Source of the DNA: Sinorhizobium meliloti
GTDB taxonomy: Bacteria > Pseudomonadota > Alphaproteobacteria > Rhizobiales > Rhizobiaceae
DNA: 32,000 nucleotides
Assembly (NCBI RefSeq): GCF_017876815.1
Contig: NZ_JAGIOS010000002.1
Location: 630,001-662,000, forward strand
Direction of reading: 5' to 3'
In this document: one piece after another, positions 1-8,286 of the stretch
Layout: every line of letters begins with the position of its first letter
Position numbering within the stretch: position 1 is the stretch's first letter
Program-made: the position numbers and the translations under genes
The notes under the pieces: model-generated
Seen by the model: only the letters and a program-made list of their open reading frames with translations
Databases searched by the model: none
What the model was told of the DNA's origin: nothing

Positions 1-762
1 ATCACCCAGATGTTCCCGAAGGAGGAGGTGCCGATCGGCGACGTGGTGCTGTCGGTGAAGAACCTGACGCTCAACGGCGTCTTCCGCGACGTCTCCTTCG
101 ATGTGCGCGCCGGCGAGATCCTCGGCGTTGCCGGCCTCGTCGGATCCGGCCGCTCCAACGTCGCCGAGACGCTCTTCGGGGTCACGCCGGCGAGCTCGGG
201 CACGATCGCGATCGACGGGAAAGAGGTCGTGATCGACAGCGCCAACAAGGCGATCCGTCACCGGATGGCGTTTCTCACCGAGGATCGCAAGGACACCGGC
301 TGTCTGCTCATCCTCGACATTCTCGAAAACATGCAGATCGCCGTGCTGCAGGACAAATTCGTCAAGCGCGGCTTCGTCAGCGAGAGGGAAGTCACTGCCG
401 CCTGCGAGGAGATGAGCCGCAAGCTTCGGGTCAAGACGCCGAACCTGCAGGAGCGCGTCGAGAATCTCTCGGGCGGCAACCAGCAGAAGGTGCTGATCGG
501 CCGCTGGCTGCTCACCAATCCGCGCATCCTGATCCTCGACGAGCCGACGCGCGGCATCGATGTTGGCGCCAAGGCCGAAATCCACCGCCTGGTGACCGAA
601 CTTGCCCGCAACGGTGTCGCGGTCATCATGATCTCGTCGGAAATGCCGGAAGTGCTCGGGATGAGCGACCGGATCATGGTGATGCACGAGGGCCGGGTCA
701 CCGGCATTCTCGACAGGGCGGAAGCCACCCAAATCAAGGTCATGGAGCTTGCGGCGCGATAG
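1..762 (+). CDS. Sugar (CUT2-type) ABC transporter ATP-binding protein, C-terminal part; the 5' end lies outside the window
   Basis: Frame 1 is open from base 1, and track ORF 10..762 is only the first in-frame Met. It shows second-NBD motifs: GLVGSGRS (Walker A), LSGGNQQK (ABC signature) and [12 protein letters not shown] (Walker B). TAG stop at 760-762. Confidence 0.9.
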   Translation: MTQMFPKEEVPIGDVVLSVKNLTLNGVFRDVSFDVRAGEILGVAGLVGSGRSNVAETLFGVTPASSGTIAIDGKEVVIDSANKAIRHRMAFLTEDRKDTGCLLILDILENMQIAVLQDKFVKRGFVSEREVTAACEEMSRKLRVKTPNLQERVENLSGGNQQKVLIGRWLLTNPRILILDEPTRGIDVGAKAEIHRLVTELARNGVAVIMISSEMPEVLGMSDRIMVMHEGRVTGILDRAEATQIKVMELAAR

Positions 763-830
763 GGCGGGATGAGGAAAAGTGTAAGGTTTTCCGCCCGCAT
801 TCCGCTCTGACCTTTGGAACCGATCAAGGC
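761..830. repeat. Structured intergenic repeat, copy A (second copy at 14432-14502)
   Basis: AGGGCGGGATGAGGAAAAGTG..CCGCCCGCATTCCGCTCT..ACC..CGATCA aligns at roughly 75% identity with 14432-14502. Outer stem AGgGCGG/CCGCTCT, inner stem GGAAAA/TTTTCC. It starts at the stop codon of the ATPase gene. Confidence 0.6.
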
Positions 831-858
831 GAACTGCCGACCGCAGGGAGGAAAGAAG

Positions 859-1884
859 ATGAATACCAATGTCGCAGCACAGGGCACGGGCTCGTCCCTC
901 GCCCGCTCGAGACGGCGCATGCCGCCCGAGCTCAACATCTTTCTGGTGCTGATCGGTATCGCGCTCGTCTACGAGGTTCTCGGCTGGCTCTTCGTCGGCC
1001 AGAGCTTTCTGATGAATTCGCAGCGCCTGACGATCATGATCCTGCAGGTGTCGGTGATCGGCATCATCGCCGTCGGCGTCACGCAGGTCATCATCACGGG
1101 CGGCATCGACCTCTCGTCAGGCTCGGTCGTCGGCATGACCGCGATGATCTCGGCGAGCGTCGCGCAGGCCTCCACCTGGCCGCGGGCGCTCTATCCGTCA
1201 CTGACCGACCTTCCGGCCATCGTACCGATCGGCCTTGGTGTCGGGATCGGTCTGCTCGCCGGCTTCATCAACGGCCAGCTCATCGCCAGGACCAAGATCC
1301 CGCCCTTCATCGCCACGCTCGGCATGATGGTGTCGGCCCGCGGTGTCTCCAAGTGGTACACGAAGGGTCAGCCGGTCTCGGGTCTCACCGAGCAATTCAA
1401 CTTCATCGGCACGGGCATCTGGCCGGTGATCGTCTTCCTCGTCGTGGCGCTGATATTCCACATCGCGCTGCGCTACACCCGCTACGGCAAATTCACCTAC
1501 GCGATCGGCGCCAATGTCCAGGCCGCGCGCGTCTCCGGCATCAATGTCGAAGCCCATCTGGTGAAGGTCTATGCGATCGCCGGCATGCTTGCGGGCCTCG
1601 CAGGCGTGGTCACCGCCGCCCGCGCCCAGACGGCGCAGGCCGGCATGGGCGTCATGTACGAACTCGACGCGATCGCCGCGACCGTCATCGGCGGCACGTC
1701 GCTCACAGGCGGCGTCGGCCGTGTCACCGGTACGGTGATCGGCACGGTGATCCTTGGCGTGATGACGTCAGGCTTCACCTTCCTCCGGGTCGACGCCTAC
1801 TACCAGGAGATCGTAAAGGGCATCATCATCGTCGCTGCTGTCGTTGTCGACGTCTATCGCCAGAAAGGCCGGAAAAAGACGTAA
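859..1884 (+). CDS. Sugar ABC transporter permease (RbsC/branched monosaccharide type), 341 aa
   Basis: Track ORF 814..1884 begins at a TTG. The ATG at 859 is preceded by GGGAGGA (846-852). The product is multi-TM and hydrophobic, with the typical segment IPPFIATLGMM..ARG. TAA stop at 1882-1884. Confidence 0.9.
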   Translation: MNTNVAAQGTGSSLARSRRRMPPELNIFLVLIGIALVYEVLGWLFVGQSFLMNSQRLTIMILQVSVIGIIAVGVTQVIITGGIDLSSGSVVGMTAMISASVAQASTWPRALYPSLTDLPAIVPIGLGVGIGLLAGFINGQLIARTKIPPFIATLGMMVSARGVSKWYTKGQPVSGLTEQFNFIGTGIWPVIVFLVVALIFHIALRYTRYGKFTYAIGANVQAARVSGINVEAHLVKVYAIAGMLAGLAGVVTAARAQTAQAGMGVMYELDAIAATVIGGTSLTGGVGRVTGTVIGTVILGVMTSGFTFLRVDAYYQEIVKGIIIVAAVVVDVYRQKGRKKT

Positions 1885-1913
1885 ACATACTGCTCCTCCA
1901 AGCAAAATTATCG

Positions 1914-1949
1914 GCCGGGATGAAGGAATTCATCCCGGCTTTTTTCTTT
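1914..1949 (+). terminator. Rho-independent terminator of the first ABC operon
   Basis: Perfect 11-bp stem GCCGGGATGAA / TTCATCCCGGC (1914-1924 / 1929-1939), 4-nt loop, then TTTTTTCTTT. Confidence 0.8.
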
Positions 1950-2085
1950 CCTCGCCAACGCTTTGAGCCGTGATATTCTCGTGAATGACTATGCTCGTCT
2001 TGCAACGCAGCCCCTTCGACTCTGGGCTGGCTCGTAGGTCGCCGATAGACTATATGGCAGCATGCAAAACTATCGGAGAATTACC

Positions 2086-2208
2086 ATGTCGTCGCAGCGC
2101 CAGCTTGCGAAGCACAGCCGGCCCGGGTTCATGTTCCAGCTCTGGAGCGCGATGCTAAGCGTCCATACCCGCGAAGCGGCCTCCCTCTTCCGGTACCGCG
2201 TGCGATAA
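2086..2208 (+). CDS. Candidate small protein, 40 aa (MSSQRQLAKHSRPGFMFQLWSAMLSVHTREAASLFRYRVR), function unknown
   Basis: ATG at 2086 lies 6 nt after GGAGAA (2075-2080). About 87% G/C at third codon positions inside a lower-GC intergenic region. TAA stop at 2206-2208. It is below the length cutoff of the ORF track. I recognised no family. Confidence 0.4.
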   Translation: MSSQRQLAKHSRPGFMFQLWSAMLSVHTREAASLFRYRVR

Positions 2209-2269
2209 ACCACTTACGGTAAGGTGCCTGACTGTTTTCCGTCCGGAGCGCTTATTTTCAAAGTGAGAC

Positions 2270-3160
2270 TTAGCTCGCGAGAACCAGCCCTCCGTAGCGA
2301 CTGATTTCGTTTTCGATTTCAGCGACCAGCGTATCTAGCGCGGAATTTCTCACCTTTCGGGCGCGGCGGGCGACATATGCCAAAGCAGGCGGCGTGGGCA
2401 AGCGTTCGGTGACGATCTGCATTTCGGGGCGCAGATGACGCCCGCTCAGAAGTGTTACACCCATGGCCGAAGTGACCGCGGCAACGATACCAGCAGCGCT
2501 TGCACATTCGAATACGGTTTCAAGAACCACTCCGCCGTCCTGTCCGATGTCGAGCGCCCATCTTCGATAGAAACATTCGTCGTCGAAGGACAGGAAGGGA
2601 ATCGGGCCCTGCTGCGGCAGTGACAGCTGCGGGTGCTTGACCCAATGGAGCTCCTCCCGGAACAGAACGACGTCGGTCGGCCGGACTTCATGAGCGAAAA
2701 CCTGCAGGATCGCGGCGTCTAGCTCCCCCCGCTCCAGCATCGCTCGCAGGACTAGACTCATGCGGACTTTGGTGCGGACGGCGACATTCGGATGCAGGCG
2801 GCGAAATCTCCCCAATATCCGCGCGAGGTCGCTGCACGCCGTGTCTTCGGTCAAACCGAGCGCGATGCGTCCTTCAAGTGACGCTTTCGATAAGCTCAGA
2901 AGCGCTTCGTCATGCAAGCCGAGGATTTTCCCGGCATAATCCAGCAAATCCTCTCCAGCTGCGGTAAACATCGCTCCGCCCGGGCTCCGGCCGAGCAGGT
3001 CACAATCGAGGCTCGTCTCGAGCCGTTTGATCTTGTGGCTGACGGCAGACTGCGACAGGCGCAGGGCCTCGGCCGCGCGGGTTATCCCGCCGTGACGCCG
3101 GATCGCCCACAAGGCGCGCAGCGCATCGATTTCCAAACGTCGGCCGTTGAACTCTTTCAT
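2270..3160 (-). CDS. LysR-family transcriptional regulator (296 aa from the ATG at 3160)
   Basis: N-terminal wHTH ...ITRAAEALRLSQSAVSHKIKRLE.., followed by a LysR substrate-binding-type C-terminus. The track start at 3217 is a TTG; the Met at 3160 (MKEFNGRRLEIDALRAL) gives the usual HTH spacing. It is divergent from the DMT transporter gene. Confidence 0.88.
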   Translation of the reverse strand: MKEFNGRRLEIDALRALWAIRRHGGITRAAEALRLSQSAVSHKIKRLETSLDCDLLGRSPGGAMFTAAGEDLLDYAGKILGLHDEALLSLSKASLEGRIALGLTEDTACSDLARILGRFRRLHPNVAVRTKVRMSLVLRAMLERGELDAAILQVFAHEVRPTDVVLFREELHWVKHPQLSLPQQGPIPFLSFDDECFYRRWALDIGQDGGVVLETVFECASAAGIVAAVTSAMGVTLLSGRHLRPEMQIVTERLPTPPALAYVARRARKVRNSALDTLVAEIENEISRYGGLVLAS

Positions 3161-3210
3161 TGCGGTCCCAGTCATGAAAATTGCGAAGACGATGCGGCTT
3201 AAGCTGCCAT

Positions 3211-3289
3211 TTGGCAAGAACGCATTAGCGTTGCGGCCAAACTGTCATGCGGTGATCGAAATTTGTCATGTGCAAACGGAACCTCCGTT
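3211..3289. promoter_or_regulatory. Divergent LysR/DMT control region with candidate LysR sites
   Basis: Interrupted palindrome TTGGCaagAACGCattaGCGTTgcgGCCAA (3211-3240). Direct repeat TGTCATG at 3243-3249 and 3264-3270, 21 bp apart. Inverted repeat AACGGA-acc-TCCGTT at 3275-3289. Confidence 0.3.
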
Positions 3290-3329
3290 GCCTATGGCTG
3301 AGTGGCAAACCACATGACCTGAGAACGCG

Positions 3330-4226
3330 ATGACCCACCAGCCCATCTCGCTGTCCGCTCCGAGACATCACCGTCTCCTTTGGCCGATGATGGCAACGCT
3401 CCTGGTCGTCGGCTGGAGCTCCGGTTTCGTCGGCATTCGCTATGCCAGCGAAGAGGCAGGTGTCATGCTGGTTCTGTTCTGGCGCACTCTTCTATCGGGA
3501 GTGATCCTGCTGCCTTTCGCACTGACCATCGGTCCGCTGTTGCGCATGCGTGGGATTGCGGAGCAGATGCTGTTCGGTGTGATGTCCGTATTTTTGTACC
3601 TTGGTGGCTTTGCACTTGCCATCGAGCAGCGGGTGCCGACGGGGCTGGTCGCCCTCATCTCCGACCTCTTACCGTTGGCGATTGCCGCCCTGTCGCAACC
3701 CGTTTTAGGTGAACGCCTGAGCGCGCGACAATGGTTTGGGACGGCGATTGCGGTTTTCGGCGTGCTGATCGTCTCGTTCGACAGCCTCAGTTTCGGTGCG
3801 GCCCCCTTGTGGGCATATGGGTTGACAGTCGGTTCGATGCTGGTTTTTGCCCTTGCCTCGGTTCTACACAAGCGGCGGCGAACCCAGAACATGGCCGTGC
3901 ACCAGAGCCTTTGCATCCACACCCTGACCGGTTCGGTGCTGTTCGGGCTGTGCGCCATGATGCAAGGCGATCTCGCCCCGCCCCTTACGCGCGCTTTCGC
4001 CGTGGGAATGGTGTGGCTGGTGCTGATCGCAACCTTTGCCGCCTATTCGATCTATTACACGAGCCTGCGCCTCTTCCCGGTGGCTCAGGTTAGCGCAGCG
4101 ATCTACCTCAGTCCGCCTGTTACCATGCTCTGGGCTTGGGCTCTGTTTTCCGAACCGTTGACTGCGGCCACCTTCATAGGCCTGACGGTGACGCTGGTGG
4201 GCGTCTGGATGACGTCGCGCAGCTGA
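3330..4226 (+). CDS. DMT-superfamily (EamA-like) transporter, 298 aa
   Basis: About 10 hydrophobic helices arranged as two EamA-like halves. It is divergent from the LysR regulator, a classic regulator/exporter pairing. Confidence 0.85.
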   Translation: MTHQPISLSAPRHHRLLWPMMATLLVVGWSSGFVGIRYASEEAGVMLVLFWRTLLSGVILLPFALTIGPLLRMRGIAEQMLFGVMSVFLYLGGFALAIEQRVPTGLVALISDLLPLAIAALSQPVLGERLSARQWFGTAIAVFGVLIVSFDSLSFGAAPLWAYGLTVGSMLVFALASVLHKRRRTQNMAVHQSLCIHTLTGSVLFGLCAMMQGDLAPPLTRAFAVGMVWLVLIATFAAYSIYYTSLRLFPVAQVSAAIYLSPPVTMLWAWALFSEPLTAATFIGLTVTLVGVWMTSRS

Positions 4227-4314
4227 GACCGTCCGGAGATCCTGAGCCTGCACCTCCAGAAGGTAAGATAGACCTTCGGGAACGGTTCATTGTTTCAGTG
4301 AACGGTGCAGGCCT

Positions 4315-5340
4315 CTAAGCCCACCGAGGAGACGGCGCCGAAACGGAATTGCGCACCACCAGATCGGGCCTCAGGAAGATTTCCGTTTCGGCGGGGCGCC
4401 GGTCGGAGAGAAGCTCCAGCAGAAGCGCCATGGCGTGTTTGCCGATCAGGGTGCGCGGCTGACGGATCGTGGTCAGGGCCGGCGTCATGAATGTCGCCTG
4501 AGGCACGTCGTCGAATCCTGTCACCGAGAAATCGCGCGGTATGTCATAGCCGCGTGCCTTCAGCCCGATCATCACTCCGAGTGCCGTCTGATCGTTGACG
4601 CACATGAATGCCGTCGGCAGCGTGTCGCGAACGAAGAGCCGCTCGACGGCAGCCCTGCCGCTCTCGAGCGTGCCATCGCCCTCCTGGACCAGCCTAAGTT
4701 CCGCCGGCACCTCCGCCGCATCGAGGCCCGCATCATAGCCGGAGCGGCGCCGCTTATAGGCAAGACGGGTTCGCGAATCGCCGATGAAAGCGATCTTGCG
4801 ATGGCCTTCGGCGATGAGGAGATCGACCACCTTGCGGGCGCCCTCGACATCGTCGACACCCACATAGGGTATGCCGCCGTTGAAGACGGGCTCGAAGATG
4901 CCGACGCTCGGCGGCAGCCGCGCCGCTATCGTCTCGTGGCCGAAGGGCAGGATGCCGGTAAAGAGGATCAGACCCGCCGCCTGGTTGGAGTTAAGAAACT
5001 TCAGATATTCGACCGCGCGCTGGGCGTCGTTCTGGGTATGGCCGATCAGCACGCCGTAGCCGTGCGACCGTGCCTCGTTTTCGAGGCCGACCAGAATACT
5101 AGAAAAGTTCGGATCGCCGATATCAGGAGCGACGACCAGGATCATGTTCGAGCGGCCGAGGCGCAGGCTGCGTGCCATGGCATTGGTGGTGTAACCGGTG
5201 ATCGCGATCGCCTGGTTGACCTTCAGCCGCGTGGATTTCGCAACCTTCTCCGGGTTGTGGATTGCCCGCGATACCGTCGCGATCGAAACTTCAGCGATCC
5301 TAGCGACGTCTTCGATGGTTGCGGGCGTGGAATCCGACAC
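4315..5340 (-). CDS. LacI-family transcriptional regulator, 341 aa (GTG start)
   Basis: N-terminal HTH ATIEDVARIAEVSIATVSRAIHNPEKV followed by a periplasmic-binding-protein-like sugar-binding core. The start codon at 5340 is GTG. It is divergent from the ABC operon. Confidence 0.9.
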   Translation of the reverse strand: MSDSTPATIEDVARIAEVSIATVSRAIHNPEKVAKSTRLKVNQAIAITGYTTNAMARSLRLGRSNMILVVAPDIGDPNFSSILVGLENEARSHGYGVLIGHTQNDAQRAVEYLKFLNSNQAAGLILFTGILPFGHETIAARLPPSVGIFEPVFNGGIPYVGVDDVEGARKVVDLLIAEGHRKIAFIGDSRTRLAYKRRRSGYDAGLDAAEVPAELRLVQEGDGTLESGRAAVERLFVRDTLPTAFMCVNDQTALGVMIGLKARGYDIPRDFSVTGFDDVPQATFMTPALTTIRQPRTLIGKHAMALLLELLSDRRPAETEIFLRPDLVVRNSVSAPSPRWA

Positions 5341-5530
5341 TGCGCTCTGCCTTGCGTCTCCCTACTGCATGTTTCCCCAGATCCCGATTCAAGGATAAAA
5401 CAAGCAGCCAATTCAATCTGCTGCGGCCTTTGCGTGTCCGATAAGAACGCGCGGCGCTGTACACGGCGGGACACTACACACACCGCGGGCAACGTCAAAG
5501 GTGACCGGGCAAATTCCTGTGTATGTCTTT

Positions 5531-5567
5531 ATGTAAACCTTTACATCGAGAGTGTAAAGGTTTACAT
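5531..5567. promoter_or_regulatory. Double LacI-type operator
   Basis: Perfect 15-bp inverted arms ATGTAAACCTTTACA (5531-5545) and TGTAAAGGTTTACAT (5553-5567) with a 7-nt spacer. Each arm contains a near-palindromic 14-mer TGTAAA-CC/GG-TTTACA. The two centres are 21 bp apart, 40-75 nt upstream of the ATPase ATG. Confidence 0.6.
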
Positions 5568-5606
5568 GACGTCCGTTGGCGGTCGGGAGCCGCAAGGGGG
5601 AAATCG

Positions 5607-7133
5607 ATGAATCCGGAGACGGTCGACGCCGCGCGCGTCGTGCTGGAGGCACGGCGGATCAGCAAGTCGTTCAGCGGCGTGCAGGTGCTCTTCAGTGTCA
5701 ATTTCGAGCTTCGCGCCGGCGAAATCCACGCCCTGATGGGCGAGAACGGCGCCGGCAAGTCGACGCTCGTCAAGATTCTCTCAGGTTTCGAGCAGCCGTC
5801 CTCGGGCGAGGTCCTGCTCGACGGCCAGCCGGTAACGCTTCCTGCTAACGGTGCGGCCGAAGCGCTGGGCATCGTCATCATCCACCAGGAATTCAATCTT
5901 GCCGAACACCTGACTGTTGCCGAAAGCCTGTTTCTCGGTCGCGAGGTGACGCGTTTCGGCGTGCTCGACCGCAAGTATATGCGCGCGGAGACGCGCCGGG
6001 TTCTCGATCTGCTTGGCTGTCATGTGGACGCGAACGCGCTGATCGGCAGTCTTTCCATTGCCGAAAAGCAGATGGTCGAGATCGCCAAGGCCATCAGCCG
6101 CGACGCGCGGATCGTCTTCATGGACGAGCCCACGGCCGTTCTATCCCGCGAGGAGACCAACTTCCTTTTCCGGCAGGTCCGCAAGCTGCGCGACCGGGGC
6201 ACGAGCTTCGTCTTCGTGTCGCACAAGCTCGACGAAGTCATCGAACTGACCGACCGCGTGACGGTACTGCGCGACGGGCAGTGGGTGAAGACTGCCGCGA
6301 CTTCGATGCTCGACGGCGAGTCGATCGCGCAGCTCATGGTCGGCCGCGAAATGTCGAGCCTCTTTCCCGCCAAGAAAGAGCCGAACGTCGACGAAGAGGT
6401 CGTGCTGCGTGTCGACGCCGTCTCGACCGACTATGTCCAGGACGCCCGCTTCGAGGTGCGCAAAGGCGAAATCCTCGGCTTTTCGGGTATGATCGGCTCC
6501 GGCCGCACCGAACTCATGGAGGCGGTCGCCGGCCTCAGGCCCCGCCTGTCGGGCGAGGTGACGATCCGTGGAGAGACCGTGCCCTCCGGCGACGTGCACG
6601 CGGCCAACCGGCGCGGTCTTGCCTACATGACCAAGGACCGCAAGGCGAAGGGCCTGCTGCTCAATTCCGGCATGACGGCGAACCTGACCTTGCAGTCGCT
6701 CGGCCGGCATGCCCGCATCGGCTATCTCAGCCCGGCGAGCGAGGCGGCTGCGCTCAAAAGAGCCCGCCGCCGCTTCGACATCCGCGTGCGCGACGGCAAC
6801 GTCGTCGCCAGGCGCATGTCCGGCGGCAACCAGCAGAAGCTGCTGCTCGCCAAGGTGATGGAAACGGAACCGGACATCATCATCATCGACGAGCCTACAC
6901 GCGGCATCGACGTCGGCACCAAGCAGCAGATCTATCATTTCATCTCGGCGCTCGCGCGCGACGGCCGCTCGATCATCGTCGTCTCTTCCGAAATGCCTGA
7001 GGTCATCGGGCTTTGCACCAGGGTCGCGGTGATGCGCGAGGGACGCATCGTCGGCATGCTCGAAGGAGACGAGATCTCCGAGCAGGAGATCATGCGCTAC
7101 GCAGCCGGGCTGAAGAAAATGGCTGCGGCCTGA
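5607..7133 (+). CDS. Sugar ABC transporter ATP-binding protein with duplicated NBDs (CUT2), 508 aa
   Basis: ATG at 5607 follows GGGGGAAA. NBD1: GENGAGKST, LSIAEKQMVEI, IVFMDEPT. NBD2: [28 protein letters not shown]. Confidence 0.92.
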   Translation: MNPETVDAARVVLEARRISKSFSGVQVLFSVNFELRAGEIHALMGENGAGKSTLVKILSGFEQPSSGEVLLDGQPVTLPANGAAEALGIVIIHQEFNLAEHLTVAESLFLGREVTRFGVLDRKYMRAETRRVLDLLGCHVDANALIGSLSIAEKQMVEIAKAISRDARIVFMDEPTAVLSREETNFLFRQVRKLRDRGTSFVFVSHKLDEVIELTDRVTVLRDGQWVKTAATSMLDGESIAQLMVGREMSSLFPAKKEPNVDEEVVLRVDAVSTDYVQDARFEVRKGEILGFSGMIGSGRTELMEAVAGLRPRLSGEVTIRGETVPSGDVHAANRRGLAYMTKDRKAKGLLLNSGMTANLTLQSLGRHARIGYLSPASEAAALKRARRRFDIRVRDGNVVARRMSGGNQQKLLLAKVMETEPDIIIIDEPTRGIDVGTKQQIYHFISALARDGRSIIVVSSEMPEVIGLCTRVAVMREGRIVGMLEGDEISEQEIMRYAAGLKKMAAA

Positions 7134-7210
7134 CCGGCTTGGACGCGCGGCGAAGGCAGGCACAGGAAAAGGAATTCCCCCGGGCTCCGGGGCGGGAGGT
7201 TGATCTGGAC

Positions 7211-8221
7211 ATGAGCGTGAACGAGGAAAGCATCCAAAGCACAACACACCGCCGGACCTGGCGGGACGTCGATCTCAGGGCCGTGGCGCCGTTTGCCGCG
7301 CTTGCACTGCTGTTGATCGTCGGTGCCATGGTCAACCCCAACTTCATCAGTCTCAACAACCTCGCCAACGTCGCCACCCGCAGCGCCTTCATCGCCATCA
7401 TCGCGGTGGGCGCCACCTTCGTCATTTCCGCAGGCGACCTCGACCTTTCCGTCGGCTCGATGGTCGCCTTCGTCGCAAGCCTGATGATCCTGTTCATGAA
7501 TTCCGGCGTGATCGCCGATCCGGCACTGATGCTCACGGCCGCAGTCCTTTTTGCGGTCGTCGCCGGTAGCGTCTGCGGGCTCGCCAACGGGCTGATCACC
7601 ACGGTCGGCAGAATCGAGCCCTTCATCGCGACGCTCGGCACGATGGGCATCTATCGCGGCCTTACCACCTGGCTGTCGCAAGGCGGCGCCATCACCCTGC
7701 GCGAGCCGGAATTACAGGAGCTCTATCGCCCGGCCTATTTCGGCAGCATTCTCGGCATGCCGGTGCCGATCGCGATCATCCTCGCGGTCACCGCCGTCGC
7801 CGCCTTCATCCTTTATCGCACGCGTTACGGCCGGCACGTGGTCGCGGTCGGCTCCAACAGCGACGTGGCCCGTTATTCCGGCATCGCCGTCAACCGCGTG
7901 CGCACCATCGCCTTCGTCATCCAGGGACTCTGCGTCGCCGTCGCCGTGCTGCTCTACGTGCCGCGCCTCGGCTCCACCTCGGCCACGACCGGCATCCTCT
8001 GGGAACTGCAGGCCATCACCGCCGTAGTCGTCGGCGGAACGGCGCTCAAGGGCGGCGCGGGCCGCGTCTGGGGCACGATCTGCGGTGCCTTCATTCTCGA
8101 ATTGGTCGGAAACATCATGCTCTTGTCGAACTTCATCAGCGAATACCTGATCGGCGCGATGCAAGGTGCGATCATCATCATCGCGATGCTTGTCCAGCGC
8201 TCGCTGGTACGCAAATCGTGA
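7211..8221 (+). CDS. Sugar ABC transporter permease, 336 aa
   Basis: ATG at 7211 follows GGGAGG. Multi-TM product with IEPFIATLGTMGIYRG, typical of RbsC-type permeases. Confidence 0.9.
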   Translation: MSVNEESIQSTTHRRTWRDVDLRAVAPFAALALLLIVGAMVNPNFISLNNLANVATRSAFIAIIAVGATFVISAGDLDLSVGSMVAFVASLMILFMNSGVIADPALMLTAAVLFAVVAGSVCGLANGLITTVGRIEPFIATLGTMGIYRGLTTWLSQGGAITLREPELQELYRPAYFGSILGMPVPIAIILAVTAVAAFILYRTRYGRHVVAVGSNSDVARYSGIAVNRVRTIAFVIQGLCVAVAVLLYVPRLGSTSATTGILWELQAITAVVVGGTALKGGAGRVWGTICGAFILELVGNIMLLSNFISEYLIGAMQGAIIIIAMLVQRSLVRKS

Positions 8222-8224
8222 CCA

Positions 8225-8248
8225 GGCCGGATCTAGGGCGATCCGGCC
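8225..8248 (+). other. Intercistronic GC-rich stem-loop upstream of the SBP cistron
   Basis: Perfect 9-bp stem GGCCGGATC / GATCCGGCC with a 6-nt loop and no U tract. A smaller hairpin CCCCGG-gct-CCGGGG sits at 7178-7192 between the ATPase and permease genes. Confidence 0.5.
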
Positions 8249-8286
8249 ACATCAACCACGACCTAGAATTATTGGGAGGAAGACGC

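Noticed and set aside
2056-2072. TGGCAGCATGCAAAAC as a possible sigma-54 promoter before the 40-codon ORF
   Set aside because: The GG-to-GC spacing is wrong: the GC falls 4 nt too early.
2270-3217. Longer LysR start (TTG at 3217) and longer starts for mmsB (25183), acd (27380), the regulator (28960), the oxidoreductase (21633), the SDR (23275) and the ABC genes (814, 5523, 7013, 8218)
   Set aside because: The track takes the first in-frame start codon of any type. Internal ATG/TTG starts with proper SD sequences and family-typical N-termini (signal peptides, Rossmann or HTH spacing) fit better.
4435-5610. 391-aa plus-strand ORF
   Set aside because: It is antisense to the LacI-family gene and runs through the non-coding operator region. 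It has no motifs and an Arg-rich composition.
6141-7247. 368-aa minus-strand ORF
   Set aside because: It is antisense to the double-NBD ABC ATPase, whose Walker and signature motifs fix the real frame.
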